Positions 19,601 through 24,490 of a DNA stretch of 64,000 nt are shown piece by piece. Numbering within the stretch: position 1 is the first letter of the stretch; each line of letters begins with the position of its first letter. Under the pieces are notes generated by a model. The model had not been told where the DNA came from and made no database searches. It saw only the letters and a program-made list of their open reading frames with translations. A program made the translations under genes and the position numbers. Source of the stretch: an uncultured Gammaproteobacteria bacterium (lineage in GTDB: Bacteria; Patescibacteriota; Patescibacteriia; 2-12-FULL-60-25); NCBI GenBank assembly GCA_964542945.1, contig CAZIVC010000004.1, positions 8,062-72,061 of the forward strand, in the 5' to 3' direction.

Positions 19601-21580
19601 ATTGCTCCTGGTCGTGACGTGATCGGGGCGTGTGAATCGGTGACGGATCTCTTGCCGGCTCTTGCGGATCCCGCCAGTGGCCCAAGTCTCGGTGTGTGTA
19701 CCGGTGGAACGCGTATGGGTCAGACGTGTGCATCGATTCCTGATTCGGTCACGTTGTCGCGTCCAGGTTGGATGGGGGCCTCGATCGGCTGTCCGGCGGC
19801 AACAACGGCTTCCGGTTCCGATGATCAATGCGCGCCTGTCTCCGATTTTGCGCCGAGTACGCGACCTGGGACGCCAGATCGCTACACGCCGACGCGCGAA
19901 TGTCTCAAGCCTGGAGCCCGTGCGAACCAGACGAAGGAGGAATATTGGGACGGCTTGGTCCCATCTCCGGTGCTTGAGGCGCGGAACCTGAATACGGATA
20001 ACAACACCTGTACGCAAGAAGTTGGGTACGTGACAGATGCTGAAACTTGTCCCGATCCAACGAACGAGTACTGCGGGTTGCTCACATATCAATTGCGCAG
20101 TCGTGGAACAGGCGCGGGTGCACGACCGATCGCCAACTCCATTGATGGAGCTATCAATCAGAAGTTGCCAACAGACGTGACGCTTGGGTACTACACGCCC
20201 GCCTTCCTTGGTCTTCAGGGTGGAACGCCAACGAAGTACGCCTACATGGACTACTACACGCCGCGTCCGCCGCGCATCGCCGCTCCGGATACGTCGCGTT
20301 GTACAGGTTCAGGAAACTGCTCGATCGCAAGCTTCGACCGCTTCACCTTTAACGGGGTGACCGAAGGCGTGCTCAATGTGCAAGCTGGCCAGCAGCGTTC
20401 AACGATTAAGTTCTATGGATGGGCTGCTGATAACCAAATGGCGATTCGTCAGATGGCTGTCGACTGGGGAGATGGCTTCGTCCAATCCTTCGATGATGTG
20501 AAGCTCAAGAACCGCAAGCCGTTCTGTTCGGTTCAAAAAGAGTGTTATTCGCCGAGCGAAGGATTTACGGGCCTAACCTGTACGGCGGATACAGATTGTC
20601 CGGTCACGGCGCAAGCCTGTCGTCCAAAGGGAACCTGTAAAGACAATGCAGCGATTCTCTGTAGTCAGGACAGCGATTGTCGCCGTGGAGGAGGAGAAGA
20701 TACGTGTGAAGTGCGCACCTTCTTTGGAAGCAGCGCCGAGGCCTGTGAAGCCACGTACTTTGACTTCTCGCACGTCTACACCTGCAACCAGAATGCGGCG
20801 AGCCAATTGCCTCGCTGTAGCAATCGTAATCCGTTGAACGTTGACCCGGGACGCGAACTCGTGGTCCCAAGCAACGTTCGTGCGGGCACGTGCTTCTTCG
20901 GAGAATTCGATAGCATCGCGATGGAGGCCGAGCGTGATCGTCCATCGTGTCAAAACGTTTCTGAGTGTCAACGCTACTTCACGACGCGTTATCCAGAAGC
21001 GGCATCAGCAAACACGAGTAATTTCTCCTGTGGGCCAATCTCGCAAACACGAGAATATACGCTCCCGGGACCAACGCAGGCACGTTGCTCTGGTGACGCC
21101 TCACGCGTCTGTACAGATGATACGGACTGCGCTGCGGGTGACCGCTGTGTGTCTGGTGGTCTTGCGCCACCCGGAGGGTGTTTCGACGAAACGGCCGGCG
21201 TATGTCGGTATACGCCGCGTGTGCTCATTCGAGACAACTGGGGCTGGTGTACGGGCGAGTGTCGCTCGGTGCGCTTAGGAGGTGCGCTCGCCGATCCAAA
21301 CGATGCGTTGATCGTTCACCCCTATGGTGGATGTTACTCAGCGGTGCCGTTGGGATCTGTGAAGCCATACGAGCAAGCTACTCGTCTGAATACGGACGGC
21401 AATGTCTCATCGTTCGTACCAGATAGAGAAAATAATTACGACGAGTGTTCTGTAGCTGCCCCAAGTGGTCGATTCACTTCTGCAAAGAGTGGGTCAACAC
21501 CGCTGCAGGCACAGTCAACACGTAACAATCGTCCGTGGATTGTCTTTCCTGGATCGATCCAATTGCGTCCGAGAAACTAA
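10628..21580 (+). CDS. giant secreted cysteine-rich protein (3650 aa), unknown family
   Basis: Uninterrupted 10.95-kb ORF. Signal-peptide-like N-terminus (RRFFAALFLLVMVFALVPRTSFA/FS). About 140 Cys by hand count. Two CBM4/9-like beta-sandwich segments and a PKD-like VDWGDG segment. It has its own terminator. Confidence 0.9.
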   Translation: MVSLSHRPFFRRFFAALFLLVMVFALVPRTSFAFSADGPTILDRVPAAGYPTMDVGQKVDAAYQNIRYELLGAGTIALMNAAQVFFGQLAYDFANYLASGGKGQGALFYKKGFDGYLKDVSGSALGEFIGSLSQGEGLAGSNNFFRGLGLDLCAPNPSSLLRIQLSLGGMFPNPGQGRFQRPRPRCEFNDIVQNYDRLYTSMSNGDVLKNLEANLNTNANDLGVAFSIFGRSEEFMLNRRNAAQQDRQEGGGFLGISSIISGNVRTPAETIREQTNNQLVRAPQQQQLAMTTSLLENAWNLGPIRLATYTASIFLNTLTNRLLQRVMEDGIGVFDFLFQNGGGNVSDPDDIAEGDKKDVRQANIGIRTPMLFKNEAYDVLSEMQACPPENRGTWNCTLDEGLSLAVRIKDGLGGVTILDALERGYLHQDWPLLPASSYEDERDPLCYSRAYCTGNLRKLRAMRILPVGFEFAANSQENIERCASTRGCITLGDVVKEFQNCNAQGERDGAHPWCKLIDPNWVIALPQQQCALNGYGETFLAGSIPQRRQECQDIQTCLQRNDRGECVGGYGYCVAEKTVYRFGAQECKPRNASCRTYQNPAGETVSYLRNTLDYSACTQDNVGCRWYATERSVSGVADAWEGTVTVGPRQYMDNSFQECPADQDGCTKLLEVKSGVAGLNIIENSSFERTTQNGARLTGWLPYAGGNDAFVPPRGEGSLSIDGQSSASFAGGFSGGYLQTIALEPNRTYVVSAFVRAQATNGARVTVGVRQFDNASPADGNVLSGTDVARDFVSRECVYDAESRALVIRAGTNLDGQGTNWKRIECAFTTNAQTHSGQLVITNGRDALVDAVQIEEGSTAGTWIDGANTSLAAVHLKLPPTELRCTGAANDPAICGQYAKVCRQTEAGCDGFTDKSGIFPEVAAQMTAGDACPSACVGYAEFRKLPSSFDLVRNAIADVNDPEDATSTYFIPATAEACSEENVGCEAFTALSASSSEQVSYFKAVRYCEQPGNDTETYFTWEGSESTGYQLRTWSLKKRTPEKPGVTPPEGAEVGTSAGPRVVITGSSDLSAQRDPLACNESAWRAQTDADCRQFYDSTGVVYYRFYSQTVISSDACQAYRIARSNNADCTKTGGSWNAQTASCTYNVLASESRTCSQEFAGCRAYAGAEAGNIQTTLNASFRSNQESGFTGGRISTEALSVNDGSYRVDVAARSTGSVGVSPTGDANGLYRVNFWAKASAPTAVTFRRGAADGDVIATAALTTDWRQYTFGLFKGEAGQMRLSWNFAADQVGSAVFIDEVLIQKMQDVVYVKQGTWNTPAVCDQNAYSVPEPQAMLGCRLYRKRSGEEVAVRQFTRLCRQDVIGCKAFIDTRNSDSAYKQTFVVGTGADTVTTTRRADHVVYVIDEPGKRCKSENASCRAFGKPVFSADHATIQRFETVYFKDDINVYPQGLCRASELFCQEFAASAGKEYFKDPEGKTCEYRENVTVSGVIGVSGGQYSGWFQTDTSIPCYPNALTSGSSFSILRTGDALPAPGYSGWVGSCEEQEAECTEFRDPNDRSSDFTTGRSYFFLRNNQIDTTSCAGTVDPSKGCVLLRDMSSAQPLYNTNASYAAFQANRLNPVQPVNCQTDPTNQHCRQGAIVGRCQIETRTLRRRVERVGTDFVNDVPTRFIDQIVETSQTATTTGGVCTFDRDCEAPVSSVGPDVVYVDRNGRNVLTPSFESRSVASCIPGEVNDANIIAKVTLDRDCAQWLGCSSGETVFDPATGRYREICTNTAMCDRLGANGGEQFCANYVSRSTTTTEPVLTKGAYFDASRYASRQVGLGRKDYSGFAVPGAFQVADLRNAKMADLIGSADTGLGKEARMVVAVRMPPVRRTRGSVNQFEQVIRTTQPNEAMVLANDDPLRAAFPGYRLCRHVGTGRIGFFSPVEAQNSDTTGQSLNCYLSFRGASEAYDFQRLAQAESREGGVGQNDILDQAFPGAICRAYPEPNSPYAKETVLKWDMSKNPIAPEQKATGYERVNTCEYGEDCLCTYKRATFETATKFYGPNSQAIPTGLCVGGPRAGQACLPGEIFSINAATASTTNERAARVTEGANLAQSCGPVEAGGRCVAASDISIVRGIYGNCLEPDTTRARGALGQESYPCLTWNPTPVMFGDKDPYHYVPTAGYFPPQNAGQYYCVSPARGAKNLYLDASVFPILPTGMTAMSYSDWTVSDGSAAATTGDDAGAYFYGMKPEGSNAAKQCEDADDIQDDDLYNNDRDSIGLRLIQTGRTTDSSYTETFYGVDATKFANWLYGATTDRAKAKATQDYNFSYFEFQPIKNRNGKGRLACAYQEDWVEGVRVDDYADEDKIIAADRQWQQNFSSEPDRQPYLTRGSESMLVDATGKPMALSCETSGLGTNEFAPGTSCYFKYWEGGYRASGKEAFVGFNPREGGYRSFKDMVVTPYMKECSADRPYYSIRAVFQTSADRSVQNFPVSDASAARISAIRGPWRFIGFWVSACAGKSTNDNRFIYTTIRVQNADVCKELAEVRSIASNQDAAFTDRVWKDGKYVVPDLNIEYNQTFAPFSSALNTGPAGQDPLYQVGGRLAGFSPLRPPVFLGAGYSTYFSAAREAPVRSYAYLTNLFARIYRIYRYNEQKIDVQDYICSGGPNKGRKCVPGNPPQPSGRILPGPSEDCRVTDMVECRTNITATERRGLQSQKICNALSGVNAGRSCIGRIPEAQESCHLYALNPRNSQPLRTSCNVVEGWTQRDGGWVFRARGGIDGIAEPVTQEEAYGMGAFRCAPGAVKDGSREDAPTVACSAPTNGAPSRECPLEVRGECRGAGTQEILGISVTVPGTCFGTWQGQTTPVAFPDAAPCMTNNDCSFNQNHFWLLRPYSPRLISRQEALMVNGSNRMCYNLMDRLANPFSAYEPGSSVGSPVVPGGHSYSYAQLGSDCDSLLNPCAARLRGMCLESPINTTGWNTLLPRMGGSSGYVGYDPSARFPGIAPGRDVIGACESVTDLLPALADPASGPSLGVCTGGTRMGQTCASIPDSVTLSRPGWMGASIGCPAATTASGSDDQCAPVSDFAPSTRPGTPDRYTPTRECLKPGARANQTKEEYWDGLVPSPVLEARNLNTDNNTCTQEVGYVTDAETCPDPTNEYCGLLTYQLRSRGTGAGARPIANSIDGAINQKLPTDVTLGYYTPAFLGLQGGTPTKYAYMDYYTPRPPRIAAPDTSRCTGSGNCSIASFDRFTFNGVTEGVLNVQAGQQRSTIKFYGWAADNQMAIRQMAVDWGDGFVQSFDDVKLKNRKPFCSVQKECYSPSEGFTGLTCTADTDCPVTAQACRPKGTCKDNAAILCSQDSDCRRGGGEDTCEVRTFFGSSAEACEATYFDFSHVYTCNQNAASQLPRCSNRNPLNVDPGRELVVPSNVRAGTCFFGEFDSIAMEAERDRPSCQNVSECQRYFTTRYPEAASANTSNFSCGPISQTREYTLPGPTQARCSGDASRVCTDDTDCAAGDRCVSGGLAPPGGCFDETAGVCRYTPRVLIRDNWGWCTGECRSVRLGGALADPNDALIVHPYGGCYSAVPLGSVKPYEQATRLNTDGNVSSFVPDRENNYDECSVAAPSGRFTSAKSGSTPLQAQSTRNNRPWIVFPGSIQLRPRN

Positions 21581-21582
21581 TC

Positions 21583-21610
21583 AAAAGACTCCCTTCGGGG
21601 AGTTTTTTGT
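21583..21610 (+). terminator. rho-independent terminator of the giant gene
   Basis: Stem ACTCCC 21588-21593 / GGGAGT 21598-21603 with a UUCG loop, then T6. Confidence 0.8.
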
Positions 21611-21757
21611 TCGTAAAAAACGGTCAGTGAAGACTTGTACCTTCGCGTGAAGAGCGAGGCGACGCCCACGCACCGGAGTAAGGCGTATGCAACCATACGC
21701 CGTCGAGAAGCGGAGGCGGCAACAAAGCTATTCGCCAAAGGCGGGAAGTCTTGCGGT

Positions 21758-21782
21758 AAAAAAAACGACCCCAGAAGGGGTT
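21758..21782 (-). terminator. rho-independent terminator of the GC-rich lipoprotein gene
   Basis: Minus strand reads GAACCCC TTCT GGGGTC followed by T8 (A-run 21758-21765 on +). Confidence 0.7.
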
Positions 21783-22621
21783 CAGGTGCAGCTCGGCCTC
21801 GTCGTCAGGAAGCGCTGCCGCCTCGTCATGTCCTCCGTCCCGTCGGGGCGGAAGACGCGGAGATAGGCGGCGCATCGTCCCTCGAACGAGAGTTCGAAAC
21901 TCCAGGCGGTGTTGCCGGGAAGGCCCGAGAGCCCCCGTCGGTAGTAGCAGGCCGGTCCTGCGCAGCGGAGGGTGACAGACTCCTCTCCGAGCACCGGTCG
22001 CGTGTCTCGAGGGGCTGACGTGAGGACGATCATTCGGTATCCGTGCTCATCTCGCTGGAACATGGTTCCATCGATGTTGAGCGCGTTGTCACCGTTCGTC
22101 CAGCTATACTCGCCCCAGATCATCTCGCGCTCGTTGTTACGCCAGCGCGTGAGGGTGAGAGTCGTCGAGCGGAAGAAGTCGTTCTCGCTCACGAACGGCG
22201 ACCAGTCGGTGCCGCGCGGAAGGTCCACGTTGCAGTGGTTTCGCCCCGGTGCGCAGCTGATCTGCGCCATGCATCCGGGCATCATTTCACCCGTGCGGCA
22301 CGGCTCCGGCATGTCTCGTTCGGTGACGGCACAGGTGCAGGCCTGCGCGCCCTCACAGAGGACGTTGTCCTCGTTGGGGCGGCAGAGGGCCGCGCCGCGA
22401 CAGGTGTCGGTCGGGTGCGGAACACAGGCCATCGTCTGGCCCGCATCCGGCATGGTCGCGCCGCGGTCGCCCGGGGGCGTCGCGGCATCGGTCGTGGCGC
22501 GGTCGGTGCTGGGCACGTCGTTCATCGCGACGGTCCCGGCATCCGGCGTGGGGGTGTTGGTGGGGTCGGTCCCTCCGCAGCCCATCAGGCTGAGGAGAGC
22601 GAACGCGGTGAGCTTCTTCAT
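21782..22621 (-). CDS. lipoprotein, Cys-rich with acidic Pro/Asp/Thr linker (GC-rich island 1)
   Basis: MKKLTAFALLSLMGCGG has a lipobox (LMGC). SD AAGGAG lies 6 nt upstream of the ATG. A sample 60-nt line (22381-22440) is 44/60 G+C versus 26-32/60 in flanking lines. Confidence 0.8.
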   Translation of the reverse strand: MKKLTAFALLSLMGCGGTDPTNTPTPDAGTVAMNDVPSTDRATTDAATPPGDRGATMPDAGQTMACVPHPTDTCRGAALCRPNEDNVLCEGAQACTCAVTERDMPEPCRTGEMMPGCMAQISCAPGRNHCNVDLPRGTDWSPFVSENDFFRSTTLTLTRWRNNEREMIWGEYSWTNGDNALNIDGTMFQRDEHGYRMIVLTSAPRDTRPVLGEESVTLRCAGPACYYRRGLSGLPGNTAWSFELSFEGRCAAYLRVFRPDGTEDMTRRQRFLTTRPSCT

Positions 22622-22691
22622 CGCAGTCTCCTTGGCAATCCAGCCTTCCGGGCTGGAGGGTGGCCTATTCCTACACTAATCCAAGCGTTCC

Positions 22692-22720
22692 TTTCTAGCA
22701 ACAATTTAGGTTTTTGTCAA
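22692..22720 (-). promoter_or_regulatory. sigma70-like promoter of lipoprotein gene (TTGACA-N17-TAGAAA)
   Basis: Reverse complement of 22715-22720 is TTGACA, spacer is 17 nt, and reverse complement of 22692-22697 is TAGAAA. Confidence 0.45.
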
Positions 22721-22732
22721 GGAAGAATAAAC

Positions 22733-22752
22733 AAAAAAGGGGCATCGCCCCC
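22733..22752 (-). terminator. rho-independent terminator about 250 nt downstream of the DUF4342-like gene
   Basis: Minus strand reads GGGGC GAT GCCCC followed by T6. Confidence 0.6.
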
Positions 22753-22775
22753 TAAGCTCTCGTCTAAAATAGCTT

Positions 22776-22808
22776 CAACTTCATCGAGTGGTTCCGGCTA
22801 TCGCCGGG
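22776..22808. repeat. 33-nt imperfect direct repeat, copy 1 (hairpin TTCCGGCT..GCCGGG)
   Basis: CAACTTCATCGAGTGGTTCCGGCTATCGCCGGG. 24/33 positions are identical to 22891-22923. Confidence 0.5.
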
Positions 22809-22890
22809 AAGCGGGGCTGGATGCCCCGGACCCCACTTAAGAGGCAAAGTTTCTTGCTCTGGTCCAGGGGTTCGACCCCCTGGGGTTTTT

Positions 22891-22923
22891 CAGCTTCGCT
22901 GAAGGATTCCGGCTTGCGCCGGG
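22891..22923. repeat. 33-nt imperfect direct repeat, copy 2
   Basis: CAGCTTCGCTGAAGGATTCCGGCTTGCGCCGGG. 24/33 positions are identical to 22776-22808. Confidence 0.5.
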
Positions 22924-23003
22924 TTTGGGATCAGTTTCGAAGCTGCTCTGGGAGCAGCTCCAGAACTCCAGACCTGACACGAACCTGACACCAATTGGCC
23001 GCA

Positions 23004-23285
23004 TTATGCGGGAAGCGCCGGTTGGTTGGGTGGTTCACGATCGTTCTCATCGCGTTTAATCACCACAATCGTGCATTTGGTGATGAGCGCGGTAACGGCG
23101 CCGAGCACAGCGATCGCTGGTGCGATAACGGTACCGACGGCTCCCCAGGTGAGTGGGATCTCGAGCACCGTTTCGCCCTGTTCGTTCTTGATTAAAATGC
23201 GTCGTGCGTTGCCGGCTTTAATAATCTCTTTCACTTTATTCATGACATCTTCGCCAGAGAGGCGAAATTCTTCTTGTTGGGCCAT
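23004..23285 (-). CDS. small membrane-associated protein, DUF4342-like
   Basis: 93 aa. The pattern VKEIIKAGNARRILIKNEQGETVLEIPLTWGAVGTVIAPAIAVLGAVTALITKCTIVV matches what I remember of DUF4342. Confidence 0.6.
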   Translation of the reverse strand: MAQQEEFRLSGEDVMNKVKEIIKAGNARRILIKNEQGETVLEIPLTWGAVGTVIAPAIAVLGAVTALITKCTIVVIKRDENDREPPNQPALPA

Positions 23286-23376
23286 ATATTCTTACTAAAC
23301 GACGATCGCGCGTTTTTCGCAAGGGTCTTCTGATCAAATTGGCTTTTTCTTAGGGTTTTCTGCTACGCTTTCTGAT

Positions 23377-24105
23377 ATGAGGGATATTCGCGTCGTGATT
23401 CCGGCGAAAAATGAAGAAGCGATGCTGCCACGCCTTATCGAGGGCTTAGTGTCTCAAAAAGAGGTTGATTTTGAAGTTGTGCTCGCCGACGCCGGCTCTA
23501 CCGACCGCACCGCCGAGCTCGCCCGGGCCGCGGGGTGGAGCGTGGTTCCTGGTGGGCTTCCGGGGCCGGGGCGTAATCGTGGCGCGAAAGGCTCAACGTC
23601 GGAATGGCTTATCTTTTTAGATGCAGATAATGAAATTTACGACCCGTTCTTTTTAAAGAAAGCGCTGACGGAACTACGCGAACGACGTCTAGATTTTGCG
23701 GCGGCTTGGATTTTGCCTGATGCGGAAGGACGTCTCATTGATCAAGTGATGATGCAGCTTTACAACGGCTATGCGTTTTTTACGGCTCGCGTGTGGCCAC
23801 ATGCGCCGGGCGCTGGCTTGTTTGTAAAAACACGCTTGTTTCAGGAGATGCACGGGTTCGATGAAACGGTCGTGTTTGCGGAAGATCAAGAGTTTGCGTA
23901 TCGCATGGGACAAGCAGGGTATCGCTTTGGAGTGTTGCGCTCAGCGCCAATCTTTACCTCGATGCGTCGGTTTATTCGCGACGGCTATGGCAAAGTCGCG
24001 TATCGTTTACTCAAGACAGAATGGTACATGCGTTTTCACGGCCCCATCCGCAAGGAGCTGTTTCCGTACGACTTCGCGGACTATCCACATCAGAAAAAAG
24101 ATTAG
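23377..24105 (+). CDS. family 2 glycosyltransferase
   Basis: VVIPAKNEE ... ADAGSTDRT ... FLDADN ... FAEDQEF, which is the GT-A fold DxD/ED pattern. Confidence 0.8.
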   Translation: MRDIRVVIPAKNEEAMLPRLIEGLVSQKEVDFEVVLADAGSTDRTAELARAAGWSVVPGGLPGPGRNRGAKGSTSEWLIFLDADNEIYDPFFLKKALTELRERRLDFAAAWILPDAEGRLIDQVMMQLYNGYAFFTARVWPHAPGAGLFVKTRLFQEMHGFDETVVFAEDQEFAYRMGQAGYRFGVLRSAPIFTSMRRFIRDGYGKVAYRLLKTEWYMRFHGPIRKELFPYDFADYPHQKKD

Positions 24106-24116
24106 GCATCTTCGTT

Positions 24117-24455
24117 ATGACGATTCGTGTAGCAGCGCTCGATGAGTTAAAGGATGGTGAGGTGAAGCGATTTGCACTTGGCCCGCTACCGGCGTTACTT
24201 GTTCGGCAGGGTGGTGAACTCAGAGCGTTTATCAATCGCTGTACGCACATGGGCGGTCCGTTGCGATGTGCGACACATGATGGAAAACCTGTTTTGCGCT
24301 GTGAGTGGCACGAAGCAGAATTTGATGCTCGTTCTGGCGAAGCGATTCAGGGACAAGCGCCTTCTGGTAGTTTTTTGCAATCTGTCCCACTCGAGAAACG
24401 CGAAGACGGCTACTACGCGACATGGACGAAGCCTATCGATCCATTCGATTTTTAG
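24117..24455 (+). CDS. Rieske [2Fe-2S] domain protein
   Basis: CTHMGGPL and CEWHEAEF are the two Cys-x-His / Cys-x2-His Rieske boxes. ATG 24117 (MTIRVAAL) is in frame within ORF 24021-24455. Confidence 0.75.
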   Translation: MTIRVAALDELKDGEVKRFALGPLPALLVRQGGELRAFINRCTHMGGPLRCATHDGKPVLRCEWHEAEFDARSGEAIQGQAPSGSFLQSVPLEKREDGYYATWTKPIDPFDF

Positions 24456-24490
24456 AGTCGCAAAAAATCCTGTATCCTAAGCGCATTCTT

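Larger units (their letters stand above)
22753..22961. other. cluster of GC-rich hairpins in a 380-nt spacer
   Basis: Hairpins at 22794-22807, 22813-22827, 22864-22883 (followed by T5 on +), 22891-22901 (UUCG loop), 22909-22922 and 22941-22959. Two 33-nt imperfect direct repeats are listed separately. Confidence 0.5.

Noticed and set aside
10628-21580. Dozens of 60-195-aa ORFs in other frames or on the opposite strand inside the giant gene, for example 12221-12616 (-), 18731-19252 (-) and 19505-20092 (-).
   Set aside because: All are nested in one uninterrupted 3650-codon frame. Their translations are Arg/Ser/Pro-rich low-complexity strings typical of off-frame reading. None has its own expression signals.
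20290-21780. Diversity-generating retroelement targeting the C-terminus of the giant protein.
   Set aside because: No reverse transcriptase gene and no template-repeat-like second copy of the 3' coding region is visible in the window. The 170-nt spacer after the gene shows no similarity to the C-terminal coding sequence by eye.
21972-22840. Long plus-strand ORFs (235 aa and 265 aa) overlapping the island-1 lipoprotein gene.
   Set aside because: They are an antisense shadow of a GC-rich gene, where high GC suppresses stop codons. The products are Arg/Gly/Ala-rich. The minus-strand gene has a lipobox, SD, promoter and terminator.
22864-22883. T-arm-like CCAGGGGTTCGACCCCCTGG, suggesting a tRNA or tmRNA 3' domain.
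   Set aside because: The loop is 6 nt rather than 7. No acceptor strand or CCA follows (a T-run follows instead). No matching 5' acceptor, D-arm or anticodon arm could be found upstream.
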